From Bacteroidota bacterium (GTDB lineage Bacteria; Chlamydiota; Chlamydiia; Chlamydiales; FEN-1388), in contig JABDGV010000001.1 of assembly GCA_013285825.1 (NCBI GenBank), positions 167,242 to 231,241 on the forward strand: DNA of 64,000 nt, written 5' to 3'. Under the pieces are notes generated by a model, which saw only the letters and a program-made list of their open reading frames with translations, was not told where the DNA came from and did not search any database. The translations under genes and the position numbers were made by a program. Shown here piece after piece: positions 8,966 through 18,365 of the stretch (within the stretch, counting starts at the first letter, position 1; each line of letters opens with the position of its first letter).

Positions 8966-10206
8966 TATTTTTTCACCTTACGTTTCTCTAAGGGCGTGTA
9001 GTTTTCAGCTTCACTTAACGATTTATCATAGGGCGGAAATTTATCTTTAGGAAATATATCATCAATGAGTTTACCGATCTCTGTACGTATGTTATCGCAC
9101 AATTGAGCGCCGAAAATAACTTTAGCTAATGTTCCGTCGAGACGTTCATTAACCTTCTTCTGAAAGTAGCGTAAATTGAGTGAAAGCTGCTGTGTATTCT
9201 TAGCAGTATCAACGGCTCGTTTAATTCCATTTTGAGCATCTTTAAGCCTTCCAGGAAGAAGCCAGTGAGAACTTGTCTTACTCACCCTCTCTGTCATACT
9301 CTTGGCTTCATCAAGCACTCTTTTCTTCATTGCTTCAAACTGTTTGCTCTCTTCGGGACTTAAGCCTACAAAACCTAGATTTGCTTGAATTTTTTTTATT
9401 ATACTCACCTCTTCATCTAATTTTTTGGTGAGCTGAAACTCTTTATAAAAGTCCTTTTCGGCAATCTCTTTTGACTCTCCGCCCTCTTTCGGAATAAGCT
9501 TTAAGAATCCCCCTTTATTCTCCACTGCATAGGTAACTGTTGTGCAGCTGTTATTCTTCGTGACCACCTGGTCAATCTCATAAGGAAGAGTGTTGAAAAC
9601 GAATGAACTTATATAGTCCTTCAAGCCTGTGTAGCGCACTTTCCAACAGCCTTCGATTTTATGACTTAAAACCTCATCTGACGCAATCGATGATATGTCC
9701 GTTTTAAGGTTATTGGTGCACAGTTGAGGCAGATCTGAAAAAGAAAATGGTTTGTCTGGAATAATTGCTTGGGCGATCTTTTCCACCTTTTGATCTACTT
9801 CCCTCGTATCAAGGGTTAAATCAGTGGCAAAAGTACCAAAAATCGCTTTGAAGATATAGGTAAAAGCCTCTCCTATTTTCTGCCAACCAGACATCGTGGC
9901 TTTAGCAATTTTTACAGCCTTGTTATTGTCATCTAAAACATGTTTCACACGATCTGTTAAAAACTGAGCAGATTCTAAAAGAGCTTGTTTGTCAGTTCCA
10001 GTTAAGCTTGAATCTTCAGAAATTGTATGGAGCTCTTTTTGGATCAAATCAACTTTTTCATAAATGGTATTGAGCGCTTTTCGCTCTTTTCCCATGCAAG
10101 GTATCCAGCTGCGGCCATGTATCTTTTTTTCAGCCTGTTCAATTTGCTGTGCATAATCTTTAATACGATCTATAGAAAGTGTTTGCTGATTGACTGAATC
10201 AGTCAT
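8965..10206 (-). CDS. hypothetical protein (413 aa, helical/coiled-coil ends)
   Basis: Long ORF whose TAA stop overlaps the aconitase ATG by one nt (TAATG), implying co-transcription. I recognise no domain. Confidence 0.55.
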   Translation of the reverse strand: MTDSVNQQTLSIDRIKDYAQQIEQAEKKIHGRSWIPCMGKERKALNTIYEKVDLIQKELHTISEDSSLTGTDKQALLESAQFLTDRVKHVLDDNNKAVKIAKATMSGWQKIGEAFTYIFKAIFGTFATDLTLDTREVDQKVEKIAQAIIPDKPFSFSDLPQLCTNNLKTDISSIASDEVLSHKIEGCWKVRYTGLKDYISSFVFNTLPYEIDQVVTKNNSCTTVTYAVENKGGFLKLIPKEGGESKEIAEKDFYKEFQLTKKLDEEVSIIKKIQANLGFVGLSPEESKQFEAMKKRVLDEAKSMTERVSKTSSHWLLPGRLKDAQNGIKRAVDTAKNTQQLSLNLRYFQKKVNERLDGTLAKVIFGAQLCDNIRTEIGKLIDDIFPKDKFPPYDKSLSEAENYTPLEKRKVKK

Positions 10207-10301
10207 AAAAATAGAGATCCCATCTCTTCATCACTATCTATGAACAGTAAAATATACACAAACATGTTCATGATTTGGAATTCGGCAAGGGCAACGCTCA
10301 T

Positions 10302-10361
10302 CAGAACCGGTAAAAAATCGCACTCATAGTTTTCTATGGGTAAGATTTTTTACCGGTTCTG
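10302..10361. repeat. 18-bp perfect inverted repeat (hairpin, 24-nt loop) downstream of rnpB
   Basis: CAGAACCGGTAAAAAATC (10302-10319) is the exact reverse complement of GATTTTTTACCGGTTCTG (10344-10361). Confidence 0.8.
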
Positions 10362-10426
10362 CTGAGATGTTGCTGAAGCCGAAACCAATTCTTGAACTTG
10401 TTTGTGTATTACTGAGACGAAAAAAA

Positions 10427-10818
10427 GGGAGAGCTATAAGCCGGATTCTGTGCGCTGTGGATTACTCCACAACCGGCAATCATTTCTCTTACGAGCATGT
10501 GTCGCCACATGCTTCATGCGCTCAATCTCTGAAAATACTTGATGTGAGGAACACACATTTTGTCCAAGCATCTTCAATTACGAGCTTGCATCAGGTAGGG
10601 TTTGTCTTAAAAGCTGTTGCCAGCAATTAGAGAGTTTGCACTCTCGTTTCACCTGTACAGCCTTTAGAGTTTCCCCTAAAGACTGTAGTCTGATCTCTGT
10701 TACACTTTCCGTAACCTTTCGGTCCCCAGTCTTTCACTGGTACCCGTTCCTTCGATGTCCAGACTTTCCTCTCAAGGCAACTTAAAAGAAGCCTCAAGCG
10801 ATTGCCCGCTCTCCCAAA
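10427..10818 (-). ncRNA. rnpB: RNase P RNA (bacterial type A)
   Basis: The minus strand reads GGGAGAGCGGGCAAUCGC...GAGAGGAAAGUCUGGACAUCGAAGGAAC...ACAGAAUCCGGCUUAUAGCUCUCCC. These are the universally conserved GAGGAAAGUC(C/U)GG and ACAGAA(N)CCGGCUUAU (P4) blocks. The 5' GGGAGAGC pairs with the 3' GCUCUCCC (P1). Ends are +/- 5 nt. Confidence 0.85.
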
Positions 10819-10829
10819 AGTAGTATGCT

Positions 10830-11606
10830 CTAACGAGCAGATGCTGCAGCTTTCTTACGCTTTTTAGGGGTTCCCTCTTCTTCGCTCGGGGCTGATAAAT
10901 TATCGAGCCAGTAGTGAATTCGAGAGCAATGTTCGCAAAAGACAATCTTCTCGCCCTTTCGAACGAGGTTTTCATGCTGTGCCGTCACCAAAATATGGCA
11001 GCCGCTGCAGCAGCGATTTTCGATTGGAACAACAACGCGATCGCGCTTGTTTTTCAAAAGCTTTTCATACACAGCTAAAAGCTCTGGGTCGGCATCTGAT
11101 AAAAGCTCTTCACGACGGACAAAAAGAGATTCGCCTTCTGTATTGATGGCTTCAATGCTCTCTTTAATCTCTTTTTCAAGCTGCGAAGTATTGCCCTTGG
11201 TTGACTCGTAAGCCACCTTCAAGTTTTTGAGCAGATCTTCTTCAACAGCAAGCTTGTCGTATTGATCGCTTAGGCGCTGTTCTTTGGCAGCCTTTTCTCT
11301 TTCAATACCTGAAATTTCGTGAGTAAGAGCGTTGAACTCTTCAACTTTTTTGACAGATGATTGGTGCTGCTCAAGTTTTTGAGCTTTCGATTGAAGTTCG
11401 GTAAGATCCCCTTCACTGAGTCTCATCTGCTTTTTCAGCTCGATGATCTCGCTTTCTTTCAAGATCACCTGATGATGCAGATCATCTCGAAGAAGCCGAA
11501 TACGTTCCAGCTCTTGGGTTCTTTCCCGTTTGATCCGCATTAAGTGGATCATTTGAATATCGAGTTCTTGAATCTCAAGAATCATTTTGAGAGCGTCTCG
11601 TAGCAT
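10830..11606 (-). CDS. coiled-coil protein with C-terminal C4 zinc ribbon (COG1579-like)
   Basis: A coiled coil of about 200 aa, then CCSGCHILV...FCEHCSRIHYW (CxxC...CxxC). Confidence 0.7.
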   Translation of the reverse strand: MLRDALKMILEIQELDIQMIHLMRIKRERTQELERIRLLRDDLHHQVILKESEIIELKKQMRLSEGDLTELQSKAQKLEQHQSSVKKVEEFNALTHEISGIEREKAAKEQRLSDQYDKLAVEEDLLKNLKVAYESTKGNTSQLEKEIKESIEAINTEGESLFVRREELLSDADPELLAVYEKLLKNKRDRVVVPIENRCCSGCHILVTAQHENLVRKGEKIVFCEHCSRIHYWLDNLSAPSEEEGTPKKRKKAAASAR

Positions 11607-11774
11607 GATTGCGCGGCCTCAAAGAAAAAAGTTAGAAAATATTGAAAATCTCTTAAGACTGTAGCAAATTTAGCACAATGTCTTCAACTAAGACTTTTTC
11701 AAATGGGCTGCGATTTTACAAAATCAACAATTTGGTTTATATAGAAAAAAGGTTAAATCGAGGATTTTCAGATT

Positions 11775-12206
11775 ATGGCACCAAGAAAAAATGCTAAATT
11801 AGATAATGCAAAAATAGATAATGGTTTTGAAGATAAAAAGCGGCCATCTCCTCCGGCAATGATCGTTGCAGAAAGTGGATCAAAGATGAAAAATAACGTC
11901 GCAAAAGATGAGACTTCTACCAGAACGACAAGGAAAGCTACTCAGAATAACCCCTCAAAAATCGTAGTTAAATGCGACTGCGGTTTCTCCAACACCTTAT
12001 TTATACGAGGAGAAGGTATTGCCAATTTGAACTGGAATAAAGGCATACCATTGAAAAATGTGAAAAAAGATGAATGGGTATGGGAAACAGACCGCCCCTT
12101 TGTTAAAGCGGAATTTAAAATCCTGGTCAATGATCAGAAGTATGAAAAAGGAGAGAACCATAAAATAAGTAATGGTTCGACGGTTGTGTGCTCTCCGAAC
12201 TTCTAA
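11775..12206 (+). CDS. small protein: lysine-rich disordered N-terminus plus beta-rich C-terminal domain (carbohydrate-binding-module-like?)
   Basis: The C-terminal VVKCDCGFSNTLFIRGEGIANLNWNKGIPLKNVKKDEWVWETDRPFVKAEFKILVNDQKYEKGENHKI resembles the starch/glycogen-binding (CBM20-type) pattern. This assignment is an inference. Confidence 0.45.
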   Translation: MAPRKNAKLDNAKIDNGFEDKKRPSPPAMIVAESGSKMKNNVAKDETSTRTTRKATQNNPSKIVVKCDCGFSNTLFIRGEGIANLNWNKGIPLKNVKKDEWVWETDRPFVKAEFKILVNDQKYEKGENHKISNGSTVVCSPNF

Positions 12207-13249
12207 TACGTAATTTTCATGTTTTGGTTGGGTTTGATGGCTTCGTCGATGAAATCCTCGAATGCGTTGACGTACGCCTAAGCCCCGATTCGTATACGCC
12301 TATCACAGACATCCACTCTTTCTCCAAAAAAATCGAAGCGGCCATTGGAAAGAGCGGAAATATTGAATGGATATCAAAATCGATCCAACTTGGCGGCAAT
12401 GCCCCCCTTTTGGCTACAGCGCTTCTTCAACAGAATTGCACCGTTGATTTCGTTGGAGCATGCGGAAAAGATTCTATTAACTCCGTTTTTCAACCTCTTC
12501 AGCATAAATGCACCAATTTTTTCTCTCTTACCGATCCTGGATACACCAATGCGGTAGAGTTCCAGGATGGGAAAATATTTTTTGGAAAAACAAGCTCGTT
12601 AAGTGATATCACACCCGAACTCATCGATAATCGAATCGGGATACATCGGTTTTTCTCTCTATTTACGAATATCGATGCCTTTGCATGCGTTAACTGGACC
12701 ATGACTCCTCATATGAATGCCCTTTGGGAATGGCTTATTGCCAACATGCCAAAACTCCCAAAAAGACCCTTGTGCCTTATTGATCTTGCCGATCCCAAAA
12801 AAAGAACCATTGATGATTTAAAGCAGGCACTCCTGCTCATCCAGAAGATGCAAACGATTTTTGATGTCTGTTTAAGCTTAAACCAATCGGAGGCAGAACA
12901 GGTATCTGCTCTCTTGGGAGGAAATCAAGTAGCCATAGAACAAATTCGAACTCAGCTTCAGATTTCCTATTGTGTCCTTCATACAAAACATATCTGTACC
13001 CTCTCATCAGAAATGAAGACCATCGTTCTCGATGTTCCCTTCTTTGAACAACCTGTCCGGCTCACTGGTGCTGGAGATAATTTTAATGCAGGACTCATCC
13101 TCGGCCTGCTTCAAAAAAATGATGAGAGAGAGGCCCTTGAGTGGGCGATAGGAACCGCTCAATATCTAGTGAGACAGGGAGAATCTCCCACCACAGAAGA
13201 AATTAAAAGACTATTATCATCCTTGAATATGAGCGCCCATTTGCAGTAA
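12188..13249 (+). CDS. PfkB-family carbohydrate/nucleoside kinase-like protein
   Basis: C-terminal anion-hole motif TGAGDNFNAGLILGL. The N-terminal beta strand VLVGFDGFVDEI resembles ADP-dependent/PfkB ribokinase-fold kinases. GTG start overlaps the upstream gene by 19 nt. Confidence 0.7.
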   Translation: MLSELLIRNFHVLVGFDGFVDEILECVDVRLSPDSYTPITDIHSFSKKIEAAIGKSGNIEWISKSIQLGGNAPLLATALLQQNCTVDFVGACGKDSINSVFQPLQHKCTNFFSLTDPGYTNAVEFQDGKIFFGKTSSLSDITPELIDNRIGIHRFFSLFTNIDAFACVNWTMTPHMNALWEWLIANMPKLPKRPLCLIDLADPKKRTIDDLKQALLLIQKMQTIFDVCLSLNQSEAEQVSALLGGNQVAIEQIRTQLQISYCVLHTKHICTLSSEMKTIVLDVPFFEQPVRLTGAGDNFNAGLILGLLQKNDEREALEWAIGTAQYLVRQGESPTTEEIKRLLSSLNMSAHLQ

Positions 13250-13283
13250 TATTATTTGTATTATTGGTAAGGGGGTGCACATT

Positions 13284-14789
13284 ATGGATCTACTCGGTAA
13301 CTACTTCAAAGAAACATCCCCTGATCAATATTCCAAGGCCGCTGTCGCATTTTTTGCAGCTTTAGACCATATTGCAGAGACCTCTCCCTCCATTGCAAAG
13401 GCCATCTTAAGTGAACTGCGCGACCAGCGCCAATCCTTGAAGATGATCGCTTCAGAAAACTACTCCTCCCTTGCTGTCCAGCTCGCTATGGGAAATTGCT
13501 TAACCGATAAATATGCAGAAGGCATCCCCCACCATAGATTTTACGCCGGCTGCGATAACATCGACGCTATCGAAGATGAGGCATGCCTGCTTCTTAAGGA
13601 ACTTTTTGGCTGCGAGCATGCCTACGTACAGCCCCATTCTGGAGCAGATGCAAACCTCGTCGCCTACTGGGCAATTTTAACAAAAAGAGTGCAGCCAAAA
13701 GCGCTTGAGAAATTTCAAAAGCAGACGATTGATCAGCTGACCCCTTCAGAATTTGAAGAGCTTCGAAAGCTGCTCATGAGCCAAAAACTTTTAGGCCTCT
13801 CCTTAAATTCAGGAGGCCACTTAACCCATGGCTACCGGCATAATACCTCCTCAAAAATGTTTGAGGCCCATTTTTACGAAGTGGATCCAAAGACATACCA
13901 ATTAAATTACGATGCAATAGCTAAGCAGGCTCGAGAAATCCGCCCTGATATTCTCTTAGCTGGCTACTCCTCCCACGCACGTAAAATAAACTTCCGAATC
14001 ATGAAAGAGATTGCTCAAGAAGTTGGGGCTACCTTCATGGTTGATATGGCTCACTTTGCAGGGCTTGTTGCTGGAAAGGTCTTCACAGGTGATTTTAACC
14101 CGATCCCCTTTGCAGATATTGTCACCTCGACGACACATAAGACGCTTAGAGGTCCTCGCGGGGGCTTTGTCCTCTGTACGAATGAGTACAAAGAGTTTGT
14201 AGACAAAGGCTGCCCCATGGTCTTAGGAGGCCCCCTTCCTCATGTCATGGCAGCTAAAGCGATCGCCTTTCGAGAAGCTAAGACTAAGAACTTTCAAAAC
14301 TATGCGCAGAAAGTGGTCAAAAATGCCCAAGCTCTTGCTGCAGGGCTAATAAAGCATGGATTAGATGTGCTTTCAGGCGGGACAGACAACCATATGGTTG
14401 TTGTAAACGTTTCTGGTTTTGGCTTAACCGGCCGTCATGCTGAAGGAGCGCTTCGTCAGTGCGGAATCACCGTCAACCGAAACGCTATCCCCTTTGACAA
14501 GAACGGTCCTTGGTATACATCGGGTATCCGCCTCGGAACTCCTGCTTTGACAACTTTAGGACTTGGGCCTGATGAGATGACAAAAATTGCAGAACTCATC
14601 GCTCTTTGTTTGAAAAATTCCAAACCGAGCACAACTCAGGCTGGACAGCCGAGCAAATCGCATGCTGATGTTGCGCCTGAAATCATCGAGCAGTGCAAAC
14701 TCACTGTGCAGAAAATTTTAGAAATGTACCCACTGTATCCCGAACTCGACGTTAAAAACATTGATTCCCTCGAGACATTGTGTGTATGA
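13284..14789 (+). CDS. glyA: serine hydroxymethyltransferase (long chlamydial-type form)
   Basis: LKMIASENY, GGHLTHGY, TTHKTLRGPRGG (PLP lysine motif). The ATG at 13284 follows AAGGGGG by about 8 nt; the track's GTG at 13275 overlaps that RBS. Confidence 0.92.
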   Translation: MDLLGNYFKETSPDQYSKAAVAFFAALDHIAETSPSIAKAILSELRDQRQSLKMIASENYSSLAVQLAMGNCLTDKYAEGIPHHRFYAGCDNIDAIEDEACLLLKELFGCEHAYVQPHSGADANLVAYWAILTKRVQPKALEKFQKQTIDQLTPSEFEELRKLLMSQKLLGLSLNSGGHLTHGYRHNTSSKMFEAHFYEVDPKTYQLNYDAIAKQAREIRPDILLAGYSSHARKINFRIMKEIAQEVGATFMVDMAHFAGLVAGKVFTGDFNPIPFADIVTSTTHKTLRGPRGGFVLCTNEYKEFVDKGCPMVLGGPLPHVMAAKAIAFREAKTKNFQNYAQKVVKNAQALAAGLIKHGLDVLSGGTDNHMVVVNVSGFGLTGRHAEGALRQCGITVNRNAIPFDKNGPWYTSGIRLGTPALTTLGLGPDEMTKIAELIALCLKNSKPSTTQAGQPSKSHADVAPEIIEQCKLTVQKILEMYPLYPELDVKNIDSLETLCV

Positions 14790-14814
14790 TTAATTAAGAC
14801 AAGAGAAGACCATT

Positions 14815-15402
14815 ATGCCAACAAATACACAAAACCAATTTTATCGACTTCAAGACAAGATCGATGCGACGATCTTGAGCGAGAGGCGCGTTCTTTTAAG
14901 CGGCTCCATAGATAGCGAGATGGCAGAACGTGTCATTAAAGAGCTTATGTACTTGGATATCCAAGATCCAAAAAAGCCAATCACATTGGTTATCAACTCC
15001 CCTGGCGGAAGTGTTGATGCTGGATTTGCTATTTGGGACCAGATCAAGCTTATTTCAAGCCCAGTCATAACGATTGTTATGGGCATTGCAGCTTCTATGG
15101 GCAGCGTTCTTTCATTAGCGGCTCCTAAAGGAAAACGGTTTGCTACGCCCAAATGCCGAATTATGATCCATCAGCCGTCACTGGCAGGTGTCGTTCAAGG
15201 CCAGGCAACCGACCTAGAAATCCAAGCGCGTGAAATGCTGAAAACCAAAGCACGCCTTATCGAACTTTATGTTGAAGCGACGGGCAAGCCTTCAGAAGTA
15301 ATTGAAAAAGCGATCGATCGCGATACCTGGATGTCTGCAGAAGAGGCGATGCAATATGGACTTATCGATAAGATCATAGCATCCCCGAATGACATTCTTT
15401 AA
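14815..15402 (+). CDS. clpP: ATP-dependent Clp protease proteolytic subunit
   Basis: [16 protein letters not shown] (catalytic Ser), IMIHQP (His), [11 protein letters not shown] (Asp). Confidence 0.92.
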   Translation: MPTNTQNQFYRLQDKIDATILSERRVLLSGSIDSEMAERVIKELMYLDIQDPKKPITLVINSPGGSVDAGFAIWDQIKLISSPVITIVMGIAASMGSVLSLAAPKGKRFATPKCRIMIHQPSLAGVVQGQATDLEIQAREMLKTKARLIELYVEATGKPSEVIEKAIDRDTWMSAEEAMQYGLIDKIIASPNDIL

Positions 15403-16153
15403 CTATCGAGTTATCGAGGGCTCAGGCAATAGCTTTGTCCTCATCGATGGGATTAATGAAAACATATCTTTGACTCAAGCGGCCATTGAGACTTTATGTG
15501 CGAAACATAAAGTCGATGGCCTGCTTTTTCTTTCTTCATCACCAAATGCCGACTGCCGAATGCAGTACTTTAATCGCGATGGTAAAGAGGCTCCCATGTG
15601 CGGCAACGGCCTTCGCTGCACAGCTTTTTACCTGCAAAAAGAATCCCTCATTGAAACAGCAAAAGGTCTAAGAGCGGGCAAGGCTAGTAAAAATTCTGCA
15701 ATCGTCGACATGGGTTATGCACGAATACTCAAGACAGTTCACTTAGACTCTTACGATTTTACCTTTATAGATACTGGTGTTCCTCATGCAGTCGCAATTG
15801 TCGACAATGTCGATGAAGTTGACCTCGCAACAGTAGGCCCACGTTACCGGCATCATGAAGCCTTTGGAGCTGCAGGTACAAATGTCTCATTTGCCAAGAA
15901 GATCCATGATACCCACTACCAAATCCGCACCTATGAACGAGGCGTTGAAAGAGAGACAGGCGCTTGTGGAACAGCCGCTAGTGCTTTAGCTTGTGCTCTT
16001 CTGCCTAAAAAAAATAATTGTTTTACAATTACTCCAACATCAAAACAAGATCTTTATGTTAACGTAACGCCTATAGGCGATGGCTTTCAAACAACCCTTG
16101 AAGGACCTTGCCATTTTATAGGAAACTCGTATGTATTCGCAGGCGGCGTATAG
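15389..16153 (+). CDS. dapF: diaminopimelate epimerase
   Basis: [43 protein letters not shown] (both catalytic Cys motifs). Confidence 0.9.
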   Translation: MTFFNYRVIEGSGNSFVLIDGINENISLTQAAIETLCAKHKVDGLLFLSSSPNADCRMQYFNRDGKEAPMCGNGLRCTAFYLQKESLIETAKGLRAGKASKNSAIVDMGYARILKTVHLDSYDFTFIDTGVPHAVAIVDNVDEVDLATVGPRYRHHEAFGAAGTNVSFAKKIHDTHYQIRTYERGVERETGACGTAASALACALLPKKNNCFTITPTSKQDLYVNVTPIGDGFQTTLEGPCHFIGNSYVFAGGV

Positions 16154-17120
16154 CTTCTTAAAACAGTTGAGAGCAGTTAAAAACTCCTCGGAACATACTA
16201 TTCGAAATTACGCAATTGATCTTAATGCCCTTAAAACATTTTTAGAACTTCACTGGTTTCCAAACGCTCCCTCTAATACACTCTCGCCCAAGATATACTA
16301 TAATAAAGAGCCTGCAGCTGAAGAGCTTGCCAGAGATACCATCAACTTATCACAAGTAGATCGAAAGCTGCTGAGGCAGTTTGCTGCAAGCCTTGCCGAA
16401 AACGGCGCTGAAAAGAGAACAATCCTGAGACGCTTATCTTCCCTTAGAACCTTCTTCAACTACTGCTTGAGAGAAGGCTTCATCCCTTCAAACCCAATGG
16501 AGCAGATCGAAGGGCCCAAGCTCGGCAAATCGCTCCCTAAAGCCATCAGCTACGATCAGGTATGCCGTCTTTTTGACATGCCCGATACCAACACCTTCAT
16601 GGGCTATCGCGACAGAACCATTATGGAGCTTTTTTATAGCTCGGGGCTGCGGGTCTCAGAGCTTGCAGGGCTCAATAGATCCGATTTTGATCCCAGCCAG
16701 CTTACACTCAAAATACGGGGAAAGGGCAAAAAAGAGCGCATTGTGCCAGTAACTAAAAATGGCTGTGATTGGATTCAAGCCTACCTTACCCATTCTGAGC
16801 GGCATCGGGAAGTTGATGGCCACTTGGCAGAAAAAGATCATGAGGCAGTCTTCTTAAACCGATTTGGCTCGCGCCTTACGACCCGCTCTATCGACCGCCT
16901 CTTTGTGCGCTACTTAAAAGCCTCAAGCTTAGCCGCCGATATAACGCCCCACACGATTAGGCATACGATTGCAACGCACTGGCTTGAAAATGGCATGGAT
17001 TTAAAAACGATTCAGCTTCTCTTGGGCCACAACTCTTTGGCTACGACCACCATCTACACCCATGTCTCGCATAAGCTCAAGCAAAAGGTGTTTGAGAAAA
17101 GCCATCCCCGATCGCATTGA
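16131..17120 (+). CDS. xerC: tyrosine site-specific recombinase XerC/XerD family
   Basis: N-terminal SAM-like core-binding domain, then ...SGLRVSELAGL..., HTIRHTIATHWLENGMDLKTIQLLLGHNSLATTTIYTHV (R-H-R-Y catalytic set). Confidence 0.8.
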   Translation: MYSQAAYSFLKQLRAVKNSSEHTIRNYAIDLNALKTFLELHWFPNAPSNTLSPKIYYNKEPAAEELARDTINLSQVDRKLLRQFAASLAENGAEKRTILRRLSSLRTFFNYCLREGFIPSNPMEQIEGPKLGKSLPKAISYDQVCRLFDMPDTNTFMGYRDRTIMELFYSSGLRVSELAGLNRSDFDPSQLTLKIRGKGKKERIVPVTKNGCDWIQAYLTHSERHREVDGHLAEKDHEAVFLNRFGSRLTTRSIDRLFVRYLKASSLAADITPHTIRHTIATHWLENGMDLKTIQLLLGHNSLATTTIYTHVSHKLKQKVFEKSHPRSH

Positions 17121-17125
17121 TAAAA

Positions 17126-17172
17126 AAATATTTACTGTAGAGAACACAATTCAACGCAAATCTGAATTGAAT
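17126..17172. repeat. Degenerate hybrid of palindrome families 2 and 1 between convergent stops
   Basis: TTTACTGTAGAGAACACA (compare family 2 TTTACCACAGAGAACACA) is followed by ATTCAACGCAAA (family 1 arm start) and a short AATTCAA/TTGAAT hairpin. It sits between the xerC stop and the ackA stop. Confidence 0.35.
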
Positions 17173-17174
17173 AA

Positions 17175-18365
17175 CTAAAGATGGAGCGCAGCCTGAATTT
17201 CGTTCGCAATGAACATATTTTCATCTGTAGCAACAACGAAAACACCTGCCTTTGAATTAGGAACATGGATTCTTTGGATGGTGCCAGGCGTAAGTCCCTT
17301 GACCTGAGTATTCATTTGAACATCAATCTTAATGCCAAGCCATTGCACCCCATCAACAATCCTCTGCCGGATGATTGCTGCATTTTCTCCTATGCCGCCG
17401 CTAAAGAGAAGCGCATCAACGCCCCCTAAGACGGCAATATAGCCGCCCAAATACTTGACAGCTCTATAGACAAACATATCGACGGCTAAGCGGCAGGCAG
17501 GCTTCTTATCATACTGCTTAAGAAGTGTTTCCATACTTGAAGACTCGTTAGATACACCTAAAAGCCCAGATTTGAAGTTAAGTGTATGCAAAACCTCACT
17601 TGGACTCTTGTCGTCATGAATGCATAGATACTCAAGGATCGCAGAGTCAATATCGCCCGCTCTTGTTGCCATCACCAACCCCTCAGCAGGCGTAAAGCCC
17701 ATAGAGGTATCTAGTGCCTTCCCTCCGCGGATAGCGGCCATTGAACAGCCATTGCCCAAGTGAAGGGTAACGACTCTAGAACTCTCCGTTACATCCAATA
17801 CATGCTCTTGGTAGGTGTGCCACAGATAGGCGTGCGATATGCCATGAAACCCATACCGCTTGATATGGTATTTAGCGGTAATTTCTTGAGGGATAGCGTA
17901 CTGAGAGGCATAGGCTGGAATATCACTAAAAAAAGCAGTATCAAAAACTGCAAACTGCTCTACTTTATTCCCAAAATACTCTCGGCACTCTTCTATCCCG
18001 TTTAAACACGCTTCGTTGTGCAGAGGAGCTAAATCAACAAGCTTTTTAAGCTCTGCAATAACTTTAGGAGTGATTTTTGTTGTCGATTGAAAGCGATCGC
18101 CGCCATGAACAAAGCGGTGGCCGATGGCTACAATTTCTCCAGACTCTGGAGATATGGTATCGAGCACAAAACGAAGATCTGCTTTTTCTGGAGTGCTCTC
18201 TTTTGTGCCTTTGGACGAAGTAATCGTAAGGGCCGCTTTTTTAGACCCAATATCTTTGAGATGAGCATCCAAAATTCGCCGTTGCTCTAAATTGAATAGA
18301 GAAACTTTGAGCGATGAGCTTCCTGAATTTACAACCAGTAAGGTTTTTAATAGGGCCATTTCCAA
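17175..18365 (-). CDS. ackA: acetate kinase
   Basis: [43 protein letters not shown]. Overlaps the xfp stop, indicating an operon. Confidence 0.9.
   Translation of the reverse strand: MEMALLKTLLVVNSGSSSLKVSLFNLEQRRILDAHLKDIGSKKAALTITSSKGTKESTPEKADLRFVLDTISPESGEIVAIGHRFVHGGDRFQSTTKITPKVIAELKKLVDLAPLHNEACLNGIEECREYFGNKVEQFAVFDTAFFSDIPAYASQYAIPQEITAKYHIKRYGFHGISHAYLWHTYQEHVLDVTESSRVVTLHLGNGCSMAAIRGGKALDTSMGFTPAEGLVMATRAGDIDSAILEYLCIHDDKSPSEVLHTLNFKSGLLGVSNESSSMETLLKQYDKKPACRLAVDMFVYRAVKYLGGYIAVLGGVDALLFSGGIGENAAIIRQRIVDGVQWLGIKIDVQMNTQVKGLTPGTIQRIHVPNSKAGVFVVATDENMFIANEIQAALHL

Noticed and set aside
10367-10975. Track ORFs 10367-10630 (+) and 10772-10975 (-) in the gap next to the zinc-ribbon gene
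   Set aside because: Both overlap the RNase P RNA (10427-10818, minus strand), whose conserved P4 and P1 elements are unambiguous. The ORFs have no RBS and low-complexity products. I treat them as spurious.
16131-17120. XerC-family recombinase as the island's integrase
   Set aside because: It lies 20 kb from the tRNA in a conserved glyA-clpP-dapF-xerC block and has the typical chromosome-dimer-resolution architecture. Nothing links it to the island.
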